Positions 1 to 13,627 of a stretch of DNA of 64,000 nucleotides are shown piece by piece. Position numbers and translations under genes: made by a program. The notes below the pieces were generated by a model that was not told where the DNA came from, did not search any database, and saw only the letters and a program-made list of their open reading frames with translations. Positions within the stretch are counted from its first letter, which is position 1, and the number at the start of each line of letters is the position of its first letter. This DNA is from Eledone cirrhosa (taxonomy: Eukaryota): contig CAXHJY010000304.1 of assembly GCA_964016885.1 (NCBI GenBank), positions 1 to 64,000 on the forward strand, given 5' to 3'.

Positions 1-55
1 TATATATATATATTATATATATATATTTATATATATATATGTATATATATATATT

Positions 56-152
<97 letters not shown>

Positions 153-293
153 GTGTATATATATATATATGTATATATATATATGTATATATATATATGT
201 ATATATATGTATATATATATATATGTATATATATGTATATATATATATGTATATATATACGTATATATATATATGTATATATATATGTATATG

Positions 294-349
<56 letters not shown>

Positions 350-360
350 CATATATATAT

Positions 361-670
361 TCGTCCGCGGATGGCTAACATAACCCTCCGCGCCATCCAG
401 GCCGAAACAAATGAGATCGTGTAGGTGTCACGACAAAAAAACACACAGTCCACGCTGTAATGTGGCCGTGTAGGCAACACGGTAAAAACCTCCCAGACCC
501 ACACTGTAAATGTGGTTGGTGTTAGGAAGGGCATCCAACTGTAGAAAACCTGCCAGACAGTCCTATGCGAGCAAGACAATCACTCTTGCATCAAGTGGGA
601 CTACCCCCGTCCAAACCCATGCAAGCGTGGAACACGGACGTTAAACGTTGATGATGATGATGATGATGAT
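361..670 (+). mobile_element. RTE LINE 3'UTR/tail fragment (copy 1), ending in (GAT)n
   Basis: From ~394 onward it closely matches the 3'UTR following the RTE ORF at 31349-31628 (catccaggccgaaacaaatgagatc...gttaggaagggcatcc...cccatgcaagcgtggaac...gatgatgat). Confidence 0.9.
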
Positions 671-673
671 ATG

Positions 674-744
<71 letters not shown>

Positions 745-839
745 ATATATATGTATATGTATATATATATGTATATATGTATATATATATGTATATATAT
801 ATGTATATATATATGTATATATATATGTATATATATATG

Positions 840-961
<122 letters not shown>

Positions 962-1070
962 TATGTATATATAGTATATATATATATGTATATATAGTAT
1001 ATATATATATGTATATATAGTATATATATATATGTATATATAGTATATATATGTATATATATATAGTATA

Positions 1071-1122
<52 letters not shown>

Positions 1123-1133
1123 GTATATATATG

Positions 1134-1239
<106 letters not shown>

Positions 1240-1271
1240 GTATATATATATGTATATATAGTATATATATG

Positions 1272-1316
<45 letters not shown>

Positions 1317-1608
1317 GTATATATTTATATATATGTATATATATATATGTATATGTATATGTGTATATGTATATATATATATGTATATGTGTATATATAT
1401 ATATATGTGTATATATATATATATATGTGTATATATATATATATGTGTATATATATATATATATGTGTATATATATATATATATGTATATATATGTATAT
1501 ATATATATGTATATATGTATATATATGTATATATATATATGTATATATAGTATATATATGTATATATATATATGTATATATATGTATATATATATATGTA
1601 TATATAGT

Positions 1609-1661
<53 letters not shown>

Positions 1662-1769
1662 GTATATATATGTATATATATGTATATATATGTATGTATA
1701 TATAGTATATATATGTATATGTATATATATGTATGTATATATATGTATATATATATATGTATATATAGT

Positions 1770-1801
<32 letters not shown>

Positions 1802-1802
1802 G

Positions 1803-1960
<158 letters not shown>

Positions 1961-1981
1961 TGTATATATAGTATATATATG

Positions 1982-2019
<38 letters not shown>

Positions 2020-2042
2020 TATGTATATATAGTATATATATG

Positions 2043-2078
<36 letters not shown>

Positions 2079-2221
2079 GTATATATATGTATATATATAT
2101 ATATATATAGTATATATATGTATATATATATATAGTATATATATGTATATATATATATATAGTATATATATGTATATATATATATATATATAGTATATAT
2201 ATGTATATATATATATATAGT

Positions 2222-2254
<33 letters not shown>

Positions 2255-2459
2255 GTATATATATGTATATATATATATATATAGTATATATATGTATATA
2301 TATATATATATAGTATATATATGTATATATATATAGTATATATATATATATAGTATATATATGTATATATATATATATATAGTATATATATATATATATA
2401 TAGTATATATATATATATATATAGTATATATATGTATATATATATATAGTATATATATG

Positions 2460-2501
<42 letters not shown>

Positions 2502-2641
2502 GTATATATATGTATATATATATATATATAGTATATATATGTATATATATATATATATAGTATATATATATATATATAGTATATATATATATATATATAG
2601 TATATATATGTATATATATATATATATATAGTATATATATG

Positions 2642-2675
<34 letters not shown>

Positions 2676-2886
2676 GTATATATATGTATATATAACTATA
2701 TATAGTATATATATGTATATATATATATATATATATATAGTATATATATGTATATATATGTATGTATATATATATATATGTATATATATATATGTATATG
2801 TATATATAGATATGTATATATGTATATGTATATATATATGTATATGTATATATAGATATGTATATATGTATATGTATATATATATG

Positions 2887-2917
<31 letters not shown>

Positions 2918-3008
2918 TTATATGTATATATAGATATGTATATATGTATATGTATATATAGATATGTATATATGTATATGTATATATGTATATGTATATA
3001 TAGATATG

Positions 3009-3039
<31 letters not shown>

Positions 3040-3094
3040 GTATATATGTGTATATGTATATGTGTATATATATGTATATATATGTATATATATG

Positions 3095-3161
<67 letters not shown>

Positions 3162-3162
3162 G

Positions 3163-3193
<31 letters not shown>

Positions 3194-3206
3194 GTATATA
3201 TACATG

Positions 3207-3238
<32 letters not shown>

Positions 3239-3243
3239 TGTAC

Positions 3244-3293
<50 letters not shown>

Positions 3294-3295
3294 GT

Positions 3296-3421
3296 ATATT
3301 GTTATACTTTGGGAGGGTCATGTTGCCAATAAGAAACACACGCACCAGTTGCTTTCACTTCAATTTAATTTATATGTGTGTTTCTTATTGGCAACATGAC
3401 CCTCCCAAAGTATAACAATAT
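3296..3421. repeat. Perfect 46-bp inverted repeat with 34-nt spacer, embedded in (TA)n
   Basis: 3296-3341 atattgttatactttgggagggtcatgttgccaataagaaacacac is the reverse complement of 3376-3421. Confidence 0.93.
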
Positions 3422-3486
3422 CGGTTTCAACACACGATTTCAGATAAAGAATCTTGCTAAACAAATTCAGAAACGAAATATATATG

Positions 3487-3553
<67 letters not shown>

Positions 3554-3568
3554 GTATATATATATATG

Positions 3569-3661
<93 letters not shown>

Positions 3662-3804
3662 GTGTATATATATATATATGTATATATATATATGTATATA
3701 TATATATGTATATATATGTATATATATATATATGTATATATATATATGTATATATATATGTATATATATATATGTATATATATATGTATATGTATATGTA
3801 TATG

Positions 3805-3854
<50 letters not shown>

Positions 3855-3865
3855 CATATATATAT

Positions 3866-4172
3866 TCGTCCGCGGATGGCTAACATAACCCTCCGCGCCA
3901 TCCAGGCCGAAACAAATGAGATCGTGTAGGTGTCACGACAAAAAAACACACAGTCCACGCTGTAATGTGGCCGTGTAGGCAACACGGTAAAAACCTCCCA
4001 GACCCACACTGTAAATGTGGTTGGTGTTAGGAAGGGCATCCAACTGTAGAAAACCTGCCAGACAGTCCTATGCGAGCAAGACAATCACTCTTGCATCAAG
4101 TGGGACTACCCCCGTCCAAACCCATGCAAGCGTGGAACACGGACGTTAAACGTTGATGATGATGATGATGAT
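3866..4172 (+). mobile_element. RTE LINE 3'UTR/tail fragment (copy 2, duplicate of 361-670)
   Basis: Same sequence and same 5' junction as 361-670, offset 3505 bp, with one fewer GAT unit. Confidence 0.9.
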
Positions 4173-4175
4173 ATG

Positions 4176-4246
<71 letters not shown>

Positions 4247-4353
4247 ATATATATGTATATGTATATATATATGTATATATGTATATATATATGTATATAT
4301 ATATGTATATATATATGTATATATATATGTATATATATATGTATATATATATG

Positions 4354-4475
<122 letters not shown>

Positions 4476-4582
4476 TGTATATATAGTATATATATATATG
4501 TATATATAGTATATATATATATGTATATATAGTATATATATATATGTATATATAGTATATATATGTATATATATATAGTATA

Positions 4583-4634
<52 letters not shown>

Positions 4635-4645
4635 GTATATATATG

Positions 4646-4753
<108 letters not shown>

Positions 4754-4837
4754 GTATATATATATATATATATGTATATATAGTATATATATGTATATAT
4801 ATATATGTATATATATATATGTATATATATATATATG

Positions 4838-4882
<45 letters not shown>

Positions 4883-5140
4883 GTATATGTATATGTGTAT
4901 ATGTATATATATATATGTATATGTGTATATATATATATATGTGTATATATATATATATGTGTATATATATATATATGTGTATATATATATATATATGTGT
5001 ATATATATATATATATGTATATATATGTATATATATATATGTATATATGTATATATATGTATATATATATATGTATATATAGTATATATATGTATATATA
5101 TATATGTATATATATGTATATATATATATGTATATATAGT

Positions 5141-5191
<51 letters not shown>

Positions 5192-5299
5192 GTATATATA
5201 TGTATATATATGTATATATATGTATGTATATATAGTATATATATGTATATGTATATATATGTATGTATATATATGTATATATATATATGTATATATAGT

Positions 5300-5331
<32 letters not shown>

Positions 5332-5332
5332 G

Positions 5333-5488
<156 letters not shown>

Positions 5489-5509
5489 TGTATATATAAT
5501 ATATATATG

Positions 5510-5547
<38 letters not shown>

Positions 5548-5568
5548 TGTATATATAGTATATATATG

Positions 5569-5604
<36 letters not shown>

Positions 5605-6010
5605 GTATATATATGTATATATATATATATATATAGTATATATATGTATATATATATATAGTATATATATGTATATATATATATATAGTATATATATGTA
5701 TATATATATATATATATAGTATATATATGTATATATATATATATAGTATATATATGTATATATATATATATATATATAGTATATATATGTATATATATAT
5801 ATATAGTATATATATGTATATATATATATATATAGTATATATATGTATATATATATATATATAGTATATATATGTATATATATATAGTATATATATATAT
5901 ATAGTATATATATGTATATATATATATATATAGTATATATATATATATATATAGTATATATATATATATATATAGTATATATATGTATATATATATATAG
6001 TATATATATG

Positions 6011-6044
<34 letters not shown>

Positions 6045-6190
6045 TATATAGTATATATATGTATATATATATATATAGTATATATATGTATATATATATA
6101 TATATAGTATATATATATATATATAGTATATATATATATATATATAGTATATATATGTATATATATATATATATATATAGTATATATATG

Positions 6191-6224
<34 letters not shown>

Positions 6225-6264
6225 TATATAGTATATATATGTATATATAACTATATATAGTATA

Positions 6265-6348
<84 letters not shown>

Positions 6349-6416
6349 TATATATGTATATATATATAGTATATATATGTATATATATATAGTATATATA
6401 TGTATATATATATATA

Positions 6417-7105
6417 TCTATATATATAAAACTGTGGTTGTCTGTCTGTCCATCGATTTTTGGCACACATCTCCTCTTAGAATCTCTCACGGAATTGCAC
6501 CGAAATTGCTATACTTGTACATTGAGCCCTAGCGAAGACATCGGAAAAAAAATATTTCAAATTGACCCAGCCTATGTGACGAAATCGAATCTAATGTATC
6601 GATTTTTGAGCGTAAGTGACGAGTTATTTCCCTTTGTTCTGTTTACATTGAGCGTCTTACGTTCTGTTTACATTTTCTGCGTGCAAAAGTTAAAAAAATT
6701 ACGCTGGCTTTCTCAGCATTTAAAATGACATTAACACAATACATGAACAGTTGTCGAGCCAGCAAAATTTTGACGTGCAAAATTCATCAGTTCGAACACT
6801 AAGCTTCCGTTTTGCTTCATTTCCATTTAAAAGCCTTTTAAAACAATATTTTTACTTGAAAACAAGTCTATTTAAAGACTACGTAAAACAAGCAAATATT
6901 TCCTCTTTTGTTATAACATTCGGGTTATCATTATGTTTTCTTAACTTCATAAGGCATATTGTTGGTTGAGGGAATATTAATCAAAAACACCACATGCAAG
7001 TCTGCACAGTAGACACTACAGTTTTTAAGCCAAAAAAGAAACTTAACATTGTAACTTTAACACAGCTACTGAGCGACCCCGAGCAACGCCGGGCTTTACT
7101 GCTAG
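6417..7105 (+). mobile_element. Non-autonomous Helitron (~689 bp)
   Basis: A|TC 5' end (tctatatatataaaactgtggttgtctgtctgtc), subterminal GC hairpin cccgagcaacgccggg (7078-7093), 3' CTAG|T, no TSD. These are canonical Helitron termini. Confidence 0.85.
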
Positions 7106-7228
7106 TATAGTATATATATGTATATATATATATATATATATAGTATATATATATATAGTATATATATGTATATATATGTATATATATATATATAGTATAT
7201 ATATGTATATATATATATATATAGTATA

Positions 7229-7260
<32 letters not shown>

Positions 7261-7828
7261 GTATATATATGTATATATATATATATATAGTATATATATG
7301 TATATATATATATATATAGTATATATATGTATATATATATATGTAGTATATATATGTATATATATATATAGTATATATATGTATATATATATATATAGTA
7401 TATATATGTATATATATATATAGTATATATATGTATATATATATATATATAGTATATGTATATATATATATAGTATATATATGTATATATATATATATAT
7501 AGTATATATATGTATATGTATATATATATAGTATATATATGTATATATATGTATATATATGTATATATATATAGTATATATATGTATATATATATAGTAT
7601 ATATATGTATATATATATATATATAGTATATATATATGTATATGTATATATATATAGTATATATATGTATATATATGTATATATATGTATATATATATAG
7701 TATATATATGTATATATATATAGTATATATATGTATATATATGTATGTATATATATATGTATATATATGTATATATATGTATGTATATATATATATATGT
7801 ATATATATATATGTATATGTATATATAG

Positions 7829-7870
<42 letters not shown>

Positions 7871-7951
7871 ATAGATATGTATATATGTATATGTATATAT
7901 ATATGTATATGTATATATAGATATGTATATATGTATATGTATATATATATG

Positions 7952-7982
<31 letters not shown>

Positions 7983-8099
7983 GTATATGTATATATAGAT
8001 ATGTATATATGTATATGTATATATAGATATGTATATATGTATATGTATATATGTATATGTATATATAGATATGTATATATGTATATGTATATATATATG

Positions 8100-8150
<51 letters not shown>

Positions 8151-8152
8151 GC

Positions 8153-8186
<34 letters not shown>

Positions 8187-8188
8187 GC

Positions 8189-8223
<35 letters not shown>

Positions 8224-8226
8224 TGC

Positions 8227-8270
<44 letters not shown>

Positions 8271-8296
8271 GTATATATATAATATATAATATATAT

Positions 8297-8860
8297 ACAT
8301 GTTGAGTTAAAAACTCACAATACTCCATTATAATTAAATAAGCTCAAGGAAAGAATTCCAAGCTCTTTATAACAGTAAAGAGAGAAGAATATGTGTGTGT
8401 TCAAATCATGAGGGATACAAAACCGCCAAGATGAAGAATGTATTAACTAAAGATAATACATTTCACAGAACTCAATTAAAAGGATAAATTAAGGTATACA
8501 AAACTACTATGATAACTATCAACATCCAGACAGTTTTAAAATAGAACTGTTTCGCAATTCAGTGAAGAGAAATATTGATCTCTTATTGCTTATCAATGGA
8601 TGTCCAAACCAATACACTCATCACTACTAAATTTCTTAGAAGACTAAAATACGCACATGTGTTAAAAGAGGAAAAACACATGCATATTGCATGCTGGGCA
8701 GCTCGAACAGAACATATGACTACGAAAAATTAGCAGCCCATAACCATTCAATATAGTAAAAGCTCAACTAAAGCATAGGAACTATCTTTGGTGATTTTGT
8801 ATCCCTTATGATTTGAACATACATATATATATATGTGTGTTCTATCTTTACTGTGTTATA
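8297..8860 (-). mobile_element. Penelope-like element (pLTR) or retrozyme-like remnant with inverted partial repeat
   Basis: Flanked by (TA)n. Imperfect inverted repeat 8368-8432 versus 8784-8860, with a hammerhead ribozyme between the arms. Confidence 0.6.
8522..8603 (-). ncRNA. Type I hammerhead ribozyme (U3-A8 core variant)
   Basis: Minus strand reads ACATCCA-TTGATAA-GCAAT-[AAGAGA tcaatatt TCTCTT cactga]-ATTGC-GAAA-CAGTT-ctattttaa-AACTG-TC-TGGATGT. This gives 7-bp stem I, 5-bp stem II plus extension, stem III, and a GUC cleavage triplet. Confidence 0.85.
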
Positions 8861-8944
8861 TATATATATACATTCATATAGTAAAGTTACACAAAAATAA
8901 AAATGAAATATGATGGACAAACAAACAAAAGCATCTATCTTCCT

Positions 8945-9245
8945 CACCATTGGTATTGCATCTACAAAGTTCCCCTCTGAGGCGGAAGCCCAGGCAAGGT
9001 GTTTTTGTAGAAGACCAGCAGTTCACAATGCATACCAGTCTCTCCTCTCCATGCTACTAATGTTGTCGGAGACCTATGCAGCTTGGCACCATTGACATCA
9101 CAACTCATTTCTCCAGCTGAGTGAACTGGAACAACATGAAATATAGTGTCTTGCTTGAGGACACAATACACAGCTCAATCCAGGAATCAAACTCACAACC
9201 TCACTATTGCAAACTCAATGCTCTAACCACTAAGCCATGCATTCT
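8945..9245 (-). mobile_element. tRNA-derived SINE (family A), degraded
   Basis: Minus strand tggcttagtggttagagc (A box) ... gagtttgattcc (B box), followed by tgtgtcctcaagcaagacact, a typical SINE body motif. The 3' boundary is approximate. Confidence 0.7.
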
Positions 9246-9324
9246 TACACACACACATGTATCATCATATATATATACATATATATTTTGATATTTGTAA
9301 ATCGAAGTTTTAGCTGTTGTACGA

Positions 9325-9418
9325 GTGCAAAGCTCTGAGGTCTTGAATTTTTAACCATAATTCTCTTATTGAGCTATCATAGAGCCACACGATCATTATA
9401 TATCATATATCGATCCCT

Positions 9419-9456
<38 letters not shown>

Positions 9457-9531
9457 AGAGATCGATAAATAATAATCATGTGGCTTGACGAGGAATTATG
9501 GTTAAAAATCCAAGACCTCAGAGCTTTGCAC
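9325..9531. repeat. Imperfect inverted repeat centred on a (TA)n run
   Basis: gtgcaaagctctgaggtcttgaatttttaaccataattc...atcgatcccttctga (TA)n tcagaagagatcgat...gaattatggttaaaaatccaagacctcagagctttgcac. Confidence 0.85.
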
Positions 9532-10639
9532 ACTGCCAATATCATAGGAAACCACATAACTAATATTTTGCAGAGAATAGGTTTTTAAAAACCCTGTAGA
9601 GATAGAATAAGTATTGTACTTACACTGCCACTAAGTTTTTACAAGGTCTATATGGAACCATTTCATGCCAACAAAAATCATCAACATTCACTGTTGATTA
9701 ACATCGGCAAATGCTAGAGCCAAGAGCTGCAATCATCAGTAGACATCTTGAAATTCTAGAAAAATGTTAGTTCTTAAAGAATGAGAGGCCAGTCATTGCT
9801 CTAGCCATGTAAAGAATAAAAACAAAATTACAATGTTTGATAGGATGAAAGTGGTAAGTGGTAACACTGGAAATAGCTCACACACTAACTCACAAAAAAA
9901 CAGCTCAAACAAGTTAGGAGCATAAATATGAAAAGAGATCACTTTAAAAAATATATAATGATCATGTTGCTCTATGAGAGAATTCAAGCTAAAAATCCAT
10001 GACTTCAGTGTTGCACACTGCCAATTTCGTAAGAAACTACATAACTAATATTTTACAGAGAATAGTCTAATAATCATTTTAACATTGACATACTTCTCAT
10101 GAAAAACATTGCCTATGGTTTTCAAGTACATTTTAAAATAACCCAACATTTGAAAAAATGTTTAAATATAACTAAACTTTCTTATTATTTAGTTGGTGTT
10201 TGGAACATAACTTAACAAAATTCTTACATAAAATTATATATACAGTCTGGCATCATAGAACCAGGGCTGGCTTCAGGCAGGTTAGTATCAAAAGGGCTAA
10301 ATTGTGTTGGTTAAGGTCTTTGCTGTCACTTTGTTATAGTTGTTGTGTTGTCAATGGTGGTGTTACTGTTATTGTTGTTATTATTGTTACTGTTATTGTT
10401 GTTATTACTGTTGTTGTTTGTTAATGTTGTTCATGTTGTTGTCCATATCTGCGGTTGTTGGCTCTTCCATTGCTGATCTCTTAACAGATATTACTGCTGG
10501 CCAGGTAGGTAGGTAGGTGGTGTGTGGCAAGGGTGGACTTTCTGTTGAGTGAGAGGCTCCTCCTTCACACCCTCCCCCACCCCACACCCTTCTATATTGA
10601 CGTCATTTCTCTCCACAATTCTAACAGACTCCCATTGTA

Positions 10640-10880
10640 AAAGACACATACAGATATACACAAACACATGCACACAAACCAACACACATATACAAATACT
10701 GAGTTACACACACACATGCATACACCCACAAATACAAACACATGTACACACAAACATGCAAACACACACATATACAGATAAACATACAAATACAATCAGA
10801 GGCACACTCACAGACACAGACACACTCATGCACACATACATACACACACTCTCAAAAGCATACACACAACCACACATAAA
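10640..10880. repeat. Degenerate (CA)n microsatellite
   Basis: CA/TA-rich low-complexity sequence. Confidence 0.85.
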
Positions 10881-11159
10881 CAGAGCCGTGATACACCTCC
10901 ATCCTCACACCCTAGTCAGACAGTTTGTGTGGAGGTGGGAATGGAGATGAAGATGGTAGGAGTGATATAGTTTTGATTTTAGTCAAAGGAATTTGTATTT
11001 TCCTTATTTCACCTATTTTCAATTTTTTTTACTTCCACCTCGACCCTCACTACCTCCATTAGATCCTTTCTTCCTCAGCTACCTCCATCCATCCACACCC
11101 CATCCGCCTCGAAAGACTGTATAATGAATCTATATGTGTATCTGTGTGTGTATGTGGTG

Positions 11160-11275
11160 AACGCAGGTAGCCTAGTAGTTAGGATATTCATCTTATGATC
11201 ATAAAATCATGAGTTCAATTCCTGTCGGTACAGTGTGTCCTTTAGCAAGTCACTGGTGTTGGACGTGCAAAAGTC
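11160..11275 (+). mobile_element. tRNA-derived SINE (family A) 5' fragment
   Basis: gtagcctagtagttagg (A box), gagttcaattcc (B box), then gtgtcctttagcaagtcact. Confidence 0.55.
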
Positions 11276-11301
11276 ACTCTTGCAAAATGGGGGATATTTA
11301 A

Positions 11302-11503
11302 CCCTTTAGCATTTACATTACTCTATATATACTATTGTATTTTCGTGGTAAAGGCTTTATCTCACATAATATTGAATCTATGAGATTTTGATATTATTTA
11401 TTTTGATAACAATATCTTAACATCTGTACGAGTAGCCAGTTACGGCCTGTTTGAAAGAGGTGAGAGAATTCTGACAAATACAGTCGGTTTAAATGCTAAA
11501 GGG
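11302..11503. mobile_element. piggyBac-like MITE (TTAA TSD)
   Basis: TTAA|ccctttagcattta ... taaatgctaaaggg|TTAA. A second copy lies at 13393-13605. Confidence 0.85.
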
Positions 11504-11560
11504 TTAAAGGATGGGGATTTTGTGTGTGACTGTGGCATCGAACCATGGACTACGCAGCAC

Positions 11561-11684
11561 CTACTGATATACCTCCTGCTGGAACACCTCTGCACAGCAT
11601 TGGACTTGGCAGAGTTTAATGAGAAAGGACGGCAATGTGTTCAGCTGTGGCAGAACCACATCTAGCCAAGCTTTGTAACTGACA
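11561..11684 (-). CDS. Candidate host-gene exon 4 (VSYKAWLDVVLPQLNTLPSFLIKLCQVQCCAEVFQQE[VYQ*])
   Basis: Non-repetitive open frame after a pyrimidine tract and AG. Acceptor is ambiguous (11684 or 11678). Phase is compatible with the 15818-15908 exon. Confidence 0.4.
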
Positions 11685-11944
11685 CTCTTGTGGACACGAC
11701 AAGAAGAAAAAGAAGTCACTTTATTTTCTACTCAGCTGGCAAAAATGAGTTGTACCCAGTGCTGTATTTACCTTGTGCTTAGGGGTGCTCATCTTCCTAC
11801 CAAAAAAATATTTTCCCTCGTTCAGGGCCTAAGTAAGGGGCTTCATAACTTAACTAGCACAGGGCATCATTTGTCCTAAATCTGGCATTGGTTGTACCTG
11901 TAATTCAAAGTGTCATCCTTGTCACACACTATGTTACACAGAAT

Positions 11945-12405
11945 CTCCATGTGTATGTGTGTCTCTGTGTCTATGTGTGTGTATCTGGGTCTGTCTGTAT
12001 GTATGTATGTGTGCCTGTGTGTGTGTGTATCTACATCTCCCTGTATGTGTGTATATATCTGTATGTGTGTGTGTGTTTATGTCTGTGTGTGTATATATGT
12101 GCCTGTGTGTATATGTGCGTCTGTGTGTGTGCATGTGTCTATATATGTGTCTGTGTGTGTATCTGTCTCTGTATGTGTGTATATATATGTCTATGTCTGT
12201 GTGTGTGTTTATGTGTCTGTGTGTTGGTATGTGTGTATATATATATGTGCGTCTGTGTGTGTGTGTATCTGTATGTGTGTCTGTGTATGTGCATGTGTGT
12301 ATATATGTGTATGTGTGTCTGTATGTGTTTATACGTGTCTATGTGTGTGTATATGCGTCTGCATGCGTTTATATATGTGTGTGTGTTGCTCTGTGTGTCT
12401 ATATG
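11945..12405. repeat. Degenerate (TG)n/(TGTA)n microsatellite
   Basis: Direct inspection. The CV-rich ORFs are artefacts. Confidence 0.92.
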
Positions 12406-12574
12406 AGTTTGGCTATATATTTATATATATCCAGAGCCTCTCATCCCCATACCCCCCCCCCCTTTACCCAGGGCTTCAAAGATGGGTATAATAAATCTAT
12501 CTTAAAACTCCATCATTAAAAAGAAAGAGGATAAAAAGCAACTAATGAACATTAACAACACCTCCTTTATCTAC

Positions 12575-12952
12575 TCCACCCCATTACCATCACCCCCACC
12601 ACTACCACCACCACCTCCATCACCATCATCATGACCACTTCCATCACCATCATCACGACCACTACCAACACCATCACCGCTACCAACACCAAAACCACTA
12701 TCCTCACTACCACAGCTTCCATTACCACCGCCACCACTATTAATACCATCACTACAACCACCATCACCACCACCATCACCACCACTATTAATACCATCAC
12801 TACAGCCACCATCACATCAACCACCATCACCACCACCACCACCACCACTACCACCACCACTACCACGTCTACCATTACCACCACCATTACTATTACCACT
12901 TCCACCACCACTACCATCACAACCACTACCTGCACTATCACTACCACTACCT
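12575..12952. repeat. Degenerate (ACC)n trinucleotide repeat
   Basis: ACC/ATC/ACT units. The poly-Thr and poly-Val ORFs are artefacts. Confidence 0.9.
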
Positions 12953-13145
12953 AGCCATCAGACCCATGAACAAACAACTCTTTTTGTAGTATCACAACCA
13001 ACACCTTCACACACACTCACACCACTCTCTCTCTCTCTCTCCCCCTCTCTTTCTCTCTCTCTCATATTCTCTTATTTATACACATACTCTCTCTTTTCCA
13101 CTTAAGTTATCAATGTCTGTGTACATGTTTATGTGTGGGTGTGTG

Positions 13146-13148
<3 letters not shown>

Positions 13149-13194
<46 letters not shown>
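13149..13194. repeat. (GT)n microsatellite
   Basis: Pure GT run. Confidence 0.95.
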
Positions 13195-13195
<1 letters not shown>

Positions 13196-13392
13196 TCAGT
13201 CTATTTTATTTATCTTTCCTTCTATCTATTATTAGGCTATCTATGCCCCTGCTGCCAACAAACACATTGTAGGATGTAAAATGGTTGACTTTAGGAAGCC
13301 ATGCCAAAATATACAGGATGTGGTCCCATGACATGTACAGTCAAATGATGACAACCTGTTCGAATCATGCTAGCATGGAAAGCAGGCTTTAA

Positions 13393-13605
13393 CCCTTTAG
13401 CATTTATATTTCTCTATATTTACTATTGTAATTTCAAGGTAAAGGTTTTATCTTACATAATTATCTCACATAATATCGAATCTGAGATTTTGATATTATT
13501 TATTTTGAGAACAATACCTTAACATGAGCAGCTGGTTATTGTCAGTTTGAACAGAAAGAGGTGAGGGAATTTTGGCCGGATATGGCCGGTTTAAATGCTA
13601 AAGGG
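13393..13605. mobile_element. piggyBac-like MITE (TTAA TSD), inserted in an RTE-type tail
   Basis: TTAA|ccctttagcattta...taaatgctaaaggg|TTAA. The flanks rejoin as gcatggaaagcaggct-ttaa-acgattatgatgat, an RTE-type tail. Confidence 0.85.
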
Positions 13606-13627
13606 TTAAACGATTATGATGATAGTG

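Noticed and set aside
392-425. ggccgaaac as a hammerhead half in the RTE UTR
   Set aside because: No upstream CUGANGA-type core and no closing stems were found.
10405-10505. Further minus-strand exon (SAMEEPTTADMDNNMNN)
   Set aside because: Runs into an AAC/AAT microsatellite, and its phase does not join the preceding candidate exon without a stop.
11888-12954. Cys/Val-rich and Thr-rich (mucin-like) ORFs
   Set aside because: They coincide exactly with (TG)n and (ACC)n microsatellites.
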